A stretch of 64,000 nt of DNA from Opitutus sp. GAS368. GTDB taxonomy: Bacteria > Verrucomicrobiota > Verrucomicrobiia > Opitutales > Opitutaceae. This document shows positions 8,345 to 17,363 of this stretch, piece by piece. The notes under the pieces are model-generated. The model ran no database searches. It saw only the letters and a list, made by a program, of their open reading frames with translations, and was not told where the DNA came from. Both the position numbers and the translations under genes were made by a program. Numbering within the stretch: the stretch's first letter is position 1; each line of letters opens with the position of its first letter. The stretch lies in assembly GCA_943373185.1 (NCBI GenBank), contig CALSBN010000001.1:1027-65026 (forward strand), given 5' to 3'.

Positions 8345-9222
8345 AATATCCCCGATTGCTTGCCGCCTGTTTACTCGCGTCGTTTGCCCGGCTCGGCGCC
8401 GCCGAGACCGAACCGCAGGTCTCCATCACCGTCGAAGGCGACGTTCGAGTGATTCGCGCCAACGGCCTGCCCGACCACGCGACCGGCGCGTTTCCCGGCA
8501 AAGGAAACCCAAACCGGATCAGTGCGCAGAATCATGTTTACCGCGTGCCGATGAAACCGGTGGCAGCGGCCAGGCCTACGCCGCTCGGGATGCAGCCGTT
8601 TGGGATCGCGGTGAACGGCGTGGTCTTCGACCCCGGCGCCAACGAGTGGTGGAACGACGATCGCGCGACCGGCTGGCAATACGAGGCGCTCGGCGGCGGA
8701 CCGAATCTCGGCATCGATAGCAACCACGCTCACGTGCAGCCGACCGGGGCCTATCATTACCACGGGATTCCGGTGGCCCTGCTCAACCGACTTTCGGAGG
8801 GGAAGCCGGCGGTGGTGTTGCTCGGTTGGGCGGCGGACGGATTTCCGATTTACGGGCCGTGGGGTTACTCGAAAACCGATGAAGCGGCGAGCGCGGTCAA
8901 GGTGCTCACCTCGAGTTATCGGATCAAGACGATCGAGCGCGCCGGCGGGCCGGGCGGAAAACCGGACGGAAAATTTGTGCAAGATTACGAATGTGTCGCC
9001 GGCACCGGCGACCTTGACGAGTGCAACGGACGTTTCGCGGTGACGCCGGAATATCCGCAGGGGATTTACCACTACGTGCTCACGGCGGATTACCCCTTTA
9101 TCCCCCGGTTTTTTCGGGGCACGCCGGACGTTAGTTTTGCGCGAAAGGGTCCGCCGCCCGGAGGTGGACAAGGGCCCGGTCGTGAGAAAGGAAAAAAGAA
9201 ACGCCCGCCGCCGGCGCCGTGA
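8341..9222 (+). CDS. secreted YHYH-domain protein (short paralogue)
   Basis: ORF 7981..9222; start at ATG 8341 overlaps the upstream stop (ATGA). Signal peptide MKYPRLLAACLLASFARLGAAE. Motifs AHVQPTGAYHYHGIP, ADGFPIYGPWGYSK, NGRFAVTPEYPQGIYHYVLT. Gly/Lys/Pro-rich C-terminal tail. Confidence 0.8.
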   Translation: MKYPRLLAACLLASFARLGAAETEPQVSITVEGDVRVIRANGLPDHATGAFPGKGNPNRISAQNHVYRVPMKPVAAARPTPLGMQPFGIAVNGVVFDPGANEWWNDDRATGWQYEALGGGPNLGIDSNHAHVQPTGAYHYHGIPVALLNRLSEGKPAVVLLGWAADGFPIYGPWGYSKTDEAASAVKVLTSSYRIKTIERAGGPGGKPDGKFVQDYECVAGTGDLDECNGRFAVTPEYPQGIYHYVLTADYPFIPRFFRGTPDVSFARKGPPPGGGQGPGREKGKKKRPPPAP

Positions 9223-9292
9223 ACCTGTGGGCGGGAGTGCGCGCAGTTGGGGATTGAAGCGGTGTAAGCGGTGCCTAGACCCGAGACACCCT

Positions 9293-10291
9293 ATGAAAAA
9301 CCTCCTCTGCTTCCTTGCGGTGTTTCCTTTCGCGGCGTTTGCCGCTGCGCCCGGTTCGATGCCAACAGTTGGAACGGTCGAGCGGCTCGATCCGGCGTTC
9401 GACGCGTTGATCGCGGCCGATGCGAAGCTCGAAAGACTCGCCGAAGGTTTCAAGTGGTCCGAGGGGCCGGTTTGGTATGAGGGGGCGATCGTGTTTTCGG
9501 ATGTGCCGCAGAACATCGCGTATCGCTGGAAGGAAGGCATGACGTCCGCCGAGGTGTTTTTGAAGCCGAGCGGACTGTTGAATCCGACGCCGGGATTTCG
9601 CGAGCAAGGCAGCAACGGTCTCGCGCTCGACCCGAAGGGCAAATTGCTCCTCTGCATGCACGGGGAGCGGCAGGTGGCGCGCTACGAAAACGGCAAATTT
9701 ACGCCGCTCGCGACGCGTTTCGAGGGCAAGCGCTTCAACAGCCCCAACGACCTCGCCCTGCGGCGCAACGGCGATATTTATTTTACGGATCCCTCTTACG
9801 GTTTGGAGAAAGGGAACGATTCACCGCTTAAAGAACTGCCGTTCAACGGAGTGTATCGGCTCACCCCGGACGGCAAAGTCACGTTGCTGACGAAGAGCAT
9901 TAATTTTCCCAACGGCATCGCGTTCTCGCCCGACGAGAAGGTGCTCTACGTCGCGGTGAGCGACGGCAAAGCGCCGCGGATCATGGCCTACGATGTGACG
10001 GCGGACGGCGGGATCGGGGGTGAGCGGGTTTTCTTCGATGCGCTCGCGCTCAAGACGGCCGGCGGCAAAGGCTCATGCGACGGTTTGAAGATCGATCGCG
10101 CCGGCAATCTCTGGGCGACCGGGCCGGGCGGGGTGCTGGTGATTTCACCGTCGGGCAAACATCTCGGGACGCTGGCGACCGGCGTGCCCACGGCGAACTG
10201 CGGCTGGGGCGACGACGGCAGCACGCTCTATATCACGGCGAACAACATGCTCCTGCGTGTGAAGACGAAGATTAAGGGCGCGGGGTGGTGA
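9293..10291 (+). CDS. secreted SMP-30/gluconolactonase/LRE-family beta-propeller protein
   Basis: ORF 9137..10291; start at ATG 9293 (MKNLLCFLAVFPFAAFAAAPG signal). Motifs EGPVWYEGAIVFSDV, FNSPNDLALRRNGDIYFTDP, FPNGIAFSPDEKVLYVA, DGLKIDRAGNLW. Confidence 0.8.
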   Translation: MKNLLCFLAVFPFAAFAAAPGSMPTVGTVERLDPAFDALIAADAKLERLAEGFKWSEGPVWYEGAIVFSDVPQNIAYRWKEGMTSAEVFLKPSGLLNPTPGFREQGSNGLALDPKGKLLLCMHGERQVARYENGKFTPLATRFEGKRFNSPNDLALRRNGDIYFTDPSYGLEKGNDSPLKELPFNGVYRLTPDGKVTLLTKSINFPNGIAFSPDEKVLYVAVSDGKAPRIMAYDVTADGGIGGERVFFDALALKTAGGKGSCDGLKIDRAGNLWATGPGGVLVISPSGKHLGTLATGVPTANCGWGDDGSTLYITANNMLLRVKTKIKGAGW

Positions 10292-10376
10292 GGGTGCGGC
10301 CGGGGGGAGGACGGCAGAGTCTTTGGCTCGCCGATGAGGGTTTCGGGACGTGGAAGGGCGGTTCAAAGACCTCGCC

Positions 10377-11399
10377 CTATTCTTCGCCGTCCCAGTAGTC
10401 CGTATCGGTGGCGCGAAAGAACTTCCGCGGCTCGCGCAGGCCCCATTTGTTGGAGTCGGGATAGTGGAAATAATCGACGGCGGGGTTGTCGGTGATGAGG
10501 AGGTAAAGGACATCGTCGAGGCCGGTGTTGGTGAACTGATGGGCTTCGTTGGGCGGGCAGAGGATGACCTCGCCGGGGCCGGCGACGGTATTGCCCGCCG
10601 GAGTGCGGAAGGTCGCGGTGCCGCTCAGGAAGAGATAGAATTCCCATTGGTTTGCATGCGAGTGGTAGGGGCAGCCGCAGTGACCGGGATCGAGTCGGCC
10701 GAGCTCGAGATCGAACGGATGGCCGCCGAGACCGGTGGGTGTGTTGCGTAACGCGCCCACGGCATAGGAGAGATTTTTTCCGGCGGCGCGGAATTTTTGC
10801 TTCGGCGAGGCCCAAGCCTCAAACGAAAGCTCGTCGAGGTGACGGAGGCGGGAAGAAAACGGCGTGAGTGCGGGCGCGGGCGGCGAGCCCGAAGCCTGAT
10901 ACGGCGGGGCGTCGAGCGCGGGTGGTTCCTCGCCTTCGAAGTAGTCGATCGGTGTGGTGCGGAAAAACATCCCGGGAGGGCGCAGGCCCCATTTGTCGGA
11001 GTCGGGGTAGTGGAAGGCGTCGAGCGGCGGATTGTCGGCGACGATGAGGACTTCGAGATCGGTGGGGCCGGTGTTGGTAAGCTGATGCGGCTCGCCGGGC
11101 GGATGGACAAAGAAATCGCCGGCTTTGATGGCGTGGGTTTCGCCGCCGGCGCGCACGCTGCCGGTGCCCGTGCGGACGAGAAAAAATTCCCACTGGGCGA
11201 GGTGCGAGTGAAACGGACAGACCGCTGCACCCGGCGGAATCTTTCTGATTTGCACATCGAACGGATGCCCGCCGTGCGAGAGTCCGGCGTTGCGCGGCGA
11301 TCCGAGGGCGACGGAGATGTTTTGCGCGAACGAGTGAAACTTGCCCGACGGCGAACGCTGTTCGACCCAAGGGACGCTGGAGAGATGAAGTCGAGGCAT
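10377..11399 (-). CDS. bicupin protein (two tandem cupin domains), unknown function
   Basis: ORF 10377..11540; start at internal ATG (comp. 11397-11399). Duplicated blocks GGHPFD(V/L)...CP(F/Y)HSH..QWEF(F/Y)L...G....R and P.EPHQ(L/F)TNTG..DL(E/Y)(V/L)L.(V/I).DNP..D.FHYPDS(D/N)KWGLR. Confidence 0.7.
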   Translation of the reverse strand: MPRLHLSSVPWVEQRSPSGKFHSFAQNISVALGSPRNAGLSHGGHPFDVQIRKIPPGAAVCPFHSHLAQWEFFLVRTGTGSVRAGGETHAIKAGDFFVHPPGEPHQLTNTGPTDLEVLIVADNPPLDAFHYPDSDKWGLRPPGMFFRTTPIDYFEGEEPPALDAPPYQASGSPPAPALTPFSSRLRHLDELSFEAWASPKQKFRAAGKNLSYAVGALRNTPTGLGGHPFDLELGRLDPGHCGCPYHSHANQWEFYLFLSGTATFRTPAGNTVAGPGEVILCPPNEAHQFTNTGLDDVLYLLITDNPAVDYFHYPDSNKWGLREPRKFFRATDTDYWDGEE

Positions 11400-11433
11400 G
11401 GTGGGAAAAGCGGAGCGAACCCGTGGGCAGATT

Positions 11434-12834
11434 TCAACGCCACGTCCGCCGCCACGTATCGAACTCGGCGGGGCGCACGCGGTAGCGCGCGAAGTTGCCT
11501 TCGTGCAGGCTCGTGAGCTCGGTCTCGGCGAGGGTGGCAAAGTGGGCGCTTTCGCCGGGCTCGGGCAGTTTGCCGGCCTCCCGCCGGATAAACGCGGAGG
11601 CGGCCGGCTTGTCGAAGCCCTGGCGCACGACGTCGCCCACGACTTGTTTCAGCCGATCGCGGTGGCGCAGGCGAAACGCATCGGGCTCGCCCAGCACCTG
11701 CCGCACGGCGGCGTAGCGCGCACACGAACGCTCATACGCCCACTCGAAGACATCGCGCAGGTAGTCGACGCGGTTCAACTCGTAGACGCCGAGGATCGCA
11801 TGCGTGTAGTCGGCCTGCGGCACATCGACGAAGGACAGCGGCCCGAGGTTGCGCTGCACCAGCGGGATGTTGGCGGCTAGCCGCGACACGCGCTTGTTCA
11901 CATCCTCGAACGGTTGGAGGTAGGGCAGCTGCACCATCGCGAAAAACGCCTGCTCGAACGGATCGTGGATCGCGGCCGCGGTGGCGAGAATCTGGTCGAA
12001 GCATTCCTCGATGAACGTCGGCACCTCGGGCGGATGATAGACCGAAGCGCCAATCCCGACGGCGTGGGCGCGCAGCCGCCCGCCGGCGGCCGCCTCGGGC
12101 AGCAGGTTCTCCGACAACAACGCATGGAGATTGCAGAGCGTGTAGCGGTTGAAGCCGATCTCGCCCGCGTGCTCCGCGAGCAGCTCGATCGCGGCTTTGT
12201 GGTTGAGGATCATCTGCGTCTCGTGGGCGGCGCGACCGACTGCGGCCTCGCCTGCTTCGAGCAGACGCTGCGTCTCCAGCAACGAGTAGGTGTTGCCCTC
12301 CAGCCGGCTCGAGTTCCACGACAGATCGATCAAGAGCCGGTCCATCACCTTGCGCAGGTGCGTGCCGGCCGGCAACGCCTCGCCGGTCGTGCGACCGAGG
12401 GCGGAGAGCTTTTTGCGGAGCGCGGGCGAAAGGTATGCGGATACGTTGGGCCGATAGCCGTCGAGAAATGAGAATACATAACCCACCGGCTTGCGGCGGG
12501 TGAGCGGCAGCATGACCAGCTTTTGGGTTTGTTGAGCGCCCCGGGACAAACGGATGCGATCATACTCGGCGGGCAGTTCAGCGACGGCCCACGGCTCTAT
12601 CGCGGGTGCGGCCGGCGATGTCGGATCGGCCACGAAATAACGGCGGCCGCGGCCCTCACCGACGGGCGCGATGCGACCTTGTTTAACGAGCAGTGCGAGC
12701 CAGCGCTGCACGCTGCGGCGGGGCGGCAATGGTTTGAGCGCTTGATGAATCGCATCCACGGCGGCGCCCGACGGCTGCCGGGAAAGGAAGCTGACCAAGG
12801 CGTCGAGTTGGGCGGAAGGAGACGGAAGTGGCAT
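11434..12834 (-). CDS. Fic/DOC-family protein with N-terminal winged-helix domain and a degenerate Fic motif
   Basis: ORF 11434..12870 (GTG); ATG at comp. 12832-12834 gives MPLPSPSAQLD. The Fic core position reads QPFEDVNKRVSR (comp. 11881-11916) rather than HxFx(D/E)GNGRxxR. Confidence 0.7.
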   Translation of the reverse strand: MPLPSPSAQLDALVSFLSRQPSGAAVDAIHQALKPLPPRRSVQRWLALLVKQGRIAPVGEGRGRRYFVADPTSPAAPAIEPWAVAELPAEYDRIRLSRGAQQTQKLVMLPLTRRKPVGYVFSFLDGYRPNVSAYLSPALRKKLSALGRTTGEALPAGTHLRKVMDRLLIDLSWNSSRLEGNTYSLLETQRLLEAGEAAVGRAAHETQMILNHKAAIELLAEHAGEIGFNRYTLCNLHALLSENLLPEAAAGGRLRAHAVGIGASVYHPPEVPTFIEECFDQILATAAAIHDPFEQAFFAMVQLPYLQPFEDVNKRVSRLAANIPLVQRNLGPLSFVDVPQADYTHAILGVYELNRVDYLRDVFEWAYERSCARYAAVRQVLGEPDAFRLRHRDRLKQVVGDVVRQGFDKPAASAFIRREAGKLPEPGESAHFATLAETELTSLHEGNFARYRVRPAEFDTWRRTWR

Positions 12835-12840
12835 ATTGAA

Positions 12841-12994
12841 GAAGTGGCGCGATTTGGATAACCGCGCCACTTCTCGCCCCTTATTTGGCGCATTTTGGGT
12901 TATTGCGCCACTAAAATCGCCTATGGGAAACCAGAAATTAGCTTAATTGCGCCACAATAAATGACGTTGTGGCGCGAAAGCTGAATCGCGCCAC
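12841..12994. promoter_or_regulatory. cluster of six GCGCCAC/GTGGCGC heptamers, including two perfect palindromes, upstream of the Fic gene
   Basis: GAAGTGGCGCG-N11-CGCGCCACTTC (12841-12873). GCGCCACAA-N9-TTGTGGCGC (12949-12975). Further copies at 12905-12911 and 12988-12994, and a variant TTGGCGC at 12886-12892. Confidence 0.45.
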
Positions 12995-13040
12995 TCGCTC
13001 ACGCTCGCGGCTACGGAAGGGTGGGCGCGAGCGAGGCGAC

Positions 13041-14429
13041 TTAGAGTCCGGCGATTTCCCAGCCCTTGCGGTAGGTGCGGCGGACGTGGGCGTTGGCGGC
13101 CTTTTCGTTTTCGAACTGGAGCTTGGCGGCGTTCCACTTGAGGTCGGTGTGCGGGAAGCGCACGGCGACGCTGCCGAGTAGGACGGCTTCGGTGAGTGGG
13201 CCGGAGTAGTCGAACGGTGCGAGCGGTTTGGCGGGGCCGCCGACGATGGCCTCGGCCCAGTCGCTCCAATGGTGGGAGCCGGCGATCTCGGGAATCTTGT
13301 AGTCGGCGAATTTCACCTCGGGGAAAAGTTTCGGCGTCGCGATGTGGGGCACGAGCAATACGCCCTCGGTGCCGATGATGATCGAACCCTGGTCGGGCTC
13401 GGCCTGACGCTTGGCTTGGCCGGGGCGGCCGACGTCGTCGACGGTGGTCATCGTCGTTGCGTTCTTCGTGGCCACAAGGGCGCGGATCTCGGCGGGCGGA
13501 CGTTGGTCGCCGTCATACCACGTGACCGCGACGGTTTTTTCCGCAGTGAATTTCGTGCCGGGAAAAACGTAGCGGATAATGGCATCGGTCGACCAGTTCC
13601 ACGCGTCGGGCGCGGGTCCCTCGGAGCGCACGGTGAGCGGGGCGCTGAGGGCGAGCGCTTCGAAGACCGGGTCAAAAATGTGGCAGCCCATGTCGCCAAA
13701 CGTGCCGGTGCCGAAGTCCAGGCGCTTGCGCCAGTTGTTGGGATGGTAGTGGCCGGGGACATAAGGCCGGGTGGAAGCGTTGCCGAGCCAGAGGTCCCAG
13801 TTGAAATCGACCGACGGTGGCGTGGTGGGAGCCGGCGGAGCGCCGAGGTCGCCCCACTTTTTACTGCTCCACGTGTGGACCTCCTTCACTTTGCCGATGA
13901 CACCGCCGTGCACGATGGCGACGGCCTGACGGTAAACCTTTTGCGAGTGAATCTGGATGCCCATTTGCGTCGTGAGTTTCTTTTCGCGGGCGAGTTCGGT
14001 GAGGACGCGCGTCTCGTGGATGTCGTGGGCGAGGGGCTTTTGGCAGTAGACGTGTTTGCCGAGCTGCATCGCGGAGTAGGCGATGGGCGCGTGCATGTGG
14101 TCGGGCGTGGAGACGTTGCACGAGTCGAAGTTGCGGCCCTCTTGGTCGAGGAGCTGGCGCCAATCCTGATATACACGGACCTCGGGAAAACGGGCCTTTA
14201 CCTGGCCGATCCGGCTGAGATCCACGTCGGCGACGGCGACGAGCTGGACGAAGGGATTGCTGGCGATCGCCTGGATGTCGGCCCACGCCATGCCCGAGGC
14301 GCCGAAGCTGGCGTGACGGAGAATCTTGCTCGGTTGGGCGGCGAGGAGGCTGCGCGAGATGAACGGAAAGGCGAGGCCGGCGGTGCCGACGGTTTTGAGG
14401 AACCTGCGGCGGGGGAGGGGAGTTTTCAT
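13041..14429 (-). CDS. Gfo/Idh/MocA-family oxidoreductase with TAT signal
   Basis: MKTPLPRRRFLKTVGTAGLAFPF twin-arginine leader. Rossmann-type N-terminus (ASFGASGMAWADI...LVAVADVD) and DSCNVSTPDHMHAP. Confidence 0.85.
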   Translation of the reverse strand: MKTPLPRRRFLKTVGTAGLAFPFISRSLLAAQPSKILRHASFGASGMAWADIQAIASNPFVQLVAVADVDLSRIGQVKARFPEVRVYQDWRQLLDQEGRNFDSCNVSTPDHMHAPIAYSAMQLGKHVYCQKPLAHDIHETRVLTELAREKKLTTQMGIQIHSQKVYRQAVAIVHGGVIGKVKEVHTWSSKKWGDLGAPPAPTTPPSVDFNWDLWLGNASTRPYVPGHYHPNNWRKRLDFGTGTFGDMGCHIFDPVFEALALSAPLTVRSEGPAPDAWNWSTDAIIRYVFPGTKFTAEKTVAVTWYDGDQRPPAEIRALVATKNATTMTTVDDVGRPGQAKRQAEPDQGSIIIGTEGVLLVPHIATPKLFPEVKFADYKIPEIAGSHHWSDWAEAIVGGPAKPLAPFDYSGPLTEAVLLGSVAVRFPHTDLKWNAAKLQFENEKAANAHVRRTYRKGWEIAGL

Positions 14430-14503
14430 GGGGAAGGAGTAAACGGAAAAAGTGAGAAGTTTCTAAGCGGGGGAGAGGCGAAGGGAGGCGAAAAGAAACG
14501 CGA

Positions 14504-15307
14504 TCAGACGGGCTCGTTGATAACCGGGTTGGTGAGCGTGCCGATCTTTTCGATTTCGATGCTCACGGTGTCGCCCGCTTTGAGGAACACGGGCGGGTTG
14601 CGGGCGAAGCCGACACCGTGCGGGGTGCCCGTGAGAATCACGGTGCCCGGCAGAAGGGTGGTGCTGGCGCTGAGAAACTCGATGATCGCGGGCACATCGA
14701 AGATCATGTCATCGGTGCTCCAGTCCTGCATCGTCTCGCCGTTGAGAACCGTGCGGATGCGCAGGGCGTTCGGATTTGGAATCTCGTCACGTGTGACGAG
14801 GACCGGGCCGAGCGGGGCGAAGGTGTCGAAACTCTTGCCGCGGCACCATTGGCCGCCGCCGGCGTTGCGTTGCCAGTCGCGGGCGGAGACGTCGTTGGCG
14901 CAGGTGTAGCCAAGCACAAAGTCGAGGGCGGTGGCGCGGGAGACGTTCTTGCAACGCCGGCCGATGACCACGGCGAGCTCGCACTCGTAGTCGACGGAGA
15001 CGCTGGGGAGCTTTTGCGGGAGCTCGATGGGATCGCCGGGGTTTTGGGTGTTGGCGGGGTTTTTGACAAAGAGCACGGGGTGGGGCGGGAGCGGGCTGTT
15101 GCTTTCGGCGGCGTGCTTTTTGTAGTTGAGGCCGATGCACGGCAGGTAGACGGGCTGGACCGGGGCGAGAAGTTTGCCGGGGACAACAACCTGTTCGGTG
15201 ACGCGGAAGTCGCCGAAGATATCGCCGGTGACCGCGCGGGCGGATCCGTCGGATTGGAGTGAGGCGTAGGCGGGGCCGGCCGGGGTGAGGTGGCGGATGA
15301 GGCGCAT
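14504..15307 (-). CDS. fumarylacetoacetate hydrolase (FAH)-family protein
   Basis: 267 aa. Motifs CIGLNYKKHAAES, DYECELAVVIG, FDTFAPLGP, LLPGTVILTGTPHGVG. Confidence 0.85.
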   Translation of the reverse strand: MRLIRHLTPAGPAYASLQSDGSARAVTGDIFGDFRVTEQVVVPGKLLAPVQPVYLPCIGLNYKKHAAESNSPLPPHPVLFVKNPANTQNPGDPIELPQKLPSVSVDYECELAVVIGRRCKNVSRATALDFVLGYTCANDVSARDWQRNAGGGQWCRGKSFDTFAPLGPVLVTRDEIPNPNALRIRTVLNGETMQDWSTDDMIFDVPAIIEFLSASTTLLPGTVILTGTPHGVGFARNPPVFLKAGDTVSIEIEKIGTLTNPVINEPV

Positions 15308-15430
15308 AGAGGTGGAGAGACGGAAGTTGAAAGGTGAGCCTTGGACGAGGGAAGGAGGAAATACCGATCCCGTGGTGCATCGCGCGGGTTTAGGCCTTAA
15401 GAACGGCGCAAGTGTTCCGATTCAATCATT

Positions 15431-16009
15431 GTGATCCGACGAGTCCGGAACTACCCCGATAGAACGTGCGGTCCGGCCCAAGGTCGGCTCGTTCAGCTGT
15501 GTTTTGTGATCTGGGGCGGGGCAGCGCTGGGTTTGGTGGTTTGGTTGGGCCGCGCTGGCTGTGAAGCGGCGATCGCCCGGAGCGATCAGGCGGGGGAATG
15601 GGCGACCTCCACGGCGGGTTGGGAGGTGCGGCATTGGCTGCCGGCGGATCCGGCGCTGGCGGGCCTGATTGCGGATCAGCTCGCAAAGCGCGGCCCCCGA
15701 CCCGGGGTGCGGGAAGAAATCTTTATCGCGGGCCGGGCCGGAATGATGGGCGAGCAATTGCGGCGGGCGGGCTGGACGGTGTCGCGGGCGGAAACGGTCG
15801 GCGAGCCGCGCATCGAGATGTTTTCGCCGGAGCGCCGGTTGGTCTGGAGCGGTCGTTTTCGGGCGGAGGATTTTCGCGGCGAGGAGATCGTGCTTCTGGA
15901 TACGGTGGTCTTGGACAAGGTTGCGCGCGGTGAAGTCGTCGCGCCCTTCGCGCCGGTGGGTTGTGTAAGCGAACTGCCGCGGCGGCAGTCGGCGGCGTGG
16001 GCGCTGTGA
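15431..16009 (+). CDS. hypothetical membrane-anchored protein
   Basis: 192-aa ORF with GTG start and one TM helix ([21 protein letters not shown]). Non-repetitive, balanced composition, unlike the overlapping Arg/Pro-rich ORFs. No recognisable family. Confidence 0.4.
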   Translation: MIRRVRNYPDRTCGPAQGRLVQLCFVIWGGAALGLVVWLGRAGCEAAIARSDQAGEWATSTAGWEVRHWLPADPALAGLIADQLAKRGPRPGVREEIFIAGRAGMMGEQLRRAGWTVSRAETVGEPRIEMFSPERRLVWSGRFRAEDFRGEEIVLLDTVVLDKVARGEVVAPFAPVGCVSELPRRQSAAWAL

Positions 16010-16031
16010 TCGGCGGCAGATCTCTTTAAAA

Positions 16032-17363
16032 ATGAACTACGAACAAAAACACATCGCCGGCATGAGTCGCTGGTTTCTCATCGCTTATTGGGTCCACGTG
16101 CCGGTTTTTGCGGCGATCGCGTTCTTTAGATCCACAAGCCTGGTCGAGGCGCTTGTGATCGGTCTCGTCGCGGTGGCGGGGCCGACCGTCCTGCACTTCA
16201 TGAGTCCAGGCAGCCGTTTGACCAGCGTGGCGATGGGCGTGGGCGGGATGGCGCTCAGTGCGGGACTGATCCACCTCGGCGGAGGCAGCATCGAGATGCA
16301 CTTTCATGTTTTCGTTTTGATTCCGATGCTGGCGGTATTCGGTCAGCCGATCGTCGTGCTCGCGGCGGCGGCGGTGATCGCGGTTCACCATGTGGCCTTT
16401 TTCTTTTTCCTGCCGAAGAGCCTCTTTTATTACGAAGCGTCGCTGTGGGTCGTGGTGCTTCACGCGGTCTTCGTGATTCTCGCGGCCGTGCCGGGATGTT
16501 TCATCGCCCAGATATTTGGCCGTTACGTCGTCGGCGCGCGCAAAGTGATGGGCGAGCTGGGCGGAGCCGGGGCGTCGTTGGCGAATTCGGCGGACGAGCT
16601 GACGGCCGCGAGCACGTCGCTCGCCGGTGAAGCAAGTGTGCAGGCGGCGGCGGTGGAGGAGATCAGTGCGACGCTGCACGAGTTCTCGTCGCAGGCCCGG
16701 CTGAGCAACGACCGGTTGACGACGGTGAAGACGAAGCAACTGGAGCAGATGCGCGCGGCGCTCGGCGCGATCGAGACCTCGGGGGCCAAGCTGAACACGG
16801 CGATGACCGGCATCGGCGAATCGAGCCAGGCGATCACGAAGATCGTGAAGACGATCGAGGAGATCGCGTTTCAGACGAATATCTTGGCGCTTAACGCGGC
16901 GGTGGAAGCGGCGCGGGCCGGCGAAGTCGGCGCGGGTTTTGCGGTCGTCGCCGGGGAAGTGCGGACGTTGGCGGGCCGTGCGGCGCAGGCGGCGCAGGAG
17001 ACGGGCGGACTGGTCACGTTGGCCGCCGAGAGGGGCAGCGAAGGCGCGCGGGTGAACGCGGAAGTTTCGGGCCGGTTGTCGGTCGTGCAGGTGGCGTTCC
17101 GTGAGCTCGACGGTTTGGTCGGCGAAGTGGCGCAATCGCTGGGCCAACAGGTCGCGGGCGTGGACCAGATCACTTCGGCGATGGAGAGCATCGACAAGAA
17201 CGCGCAGGCGGGAAGCGCGCGCTCGGAAGAGCTGTCGGCGACGGCGATCACGTTGCGCGAGCAGGCGGGGCTGGTCTCGGGTGCGATCGGAGAACTTGAG
17301 CGGTTGACGGGGAAGCCGAACGCCGAAACCGACGCCAAGTCGAAGCTGGGGCTGGCGGCGTAG
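16032..17363 (+). CDS. methyl-accepting chemotaxis protein with an all-membrane 6-TM His-rich N-terminal domain
   Basis: Signalling hairpin [48 protein letters not shown]. The N-terminal ~165 aa are six hydrophobic helices. I recognise no periplasmic domain and no HAMP. Confidence 0.9.
   Translation: MNYEQKHIAGMSRWFLIAYWVHVPVFAAIAFFRSTSLVEALVIGLVAVAGPTVLHFMSPGSRLTSVAMGVGGMALSAGLIHLGGGSIEMHFHVFVLIPMLAVFGQPIVVLAAAAVIAVHHVAFFFFLPKSLFYYEASLWVVVLHAVFVILAAVPGCFIAQIFGRYVVGARKVMGELGGAGASLANSADELTAASTSLAGEASVQAAAVEEISATLHEFSSQARLSNDRLTTVKTKQLEQMRAALGAIETSGAKLNTAMTGIGESSQAITKIVKTIEEIAFQTNILALNAAVEAARAGEVGAGFAVVAGEVRTLAGRAAQAAQETGGLVTLAAERGSEGARVNAEVSGRLSVVQVAFRELDGLVGEVAQSLGQQVAGVDQITSAMESIDKNAQAGSARSEELSATAITLREQAGLVSGAIGELERLTGKPNAETDAKSKLGLAA

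Noticed and set aside
13269-14909. 546-aa plus-strand ORF spanning the oxidoreductase and FAH genes
   Set aside because: It runs antisense across two well-supported minus-strand genes and their intergenic spacer. The composition is Gly/Arg/Val/Asp-rich without recognisable domains.
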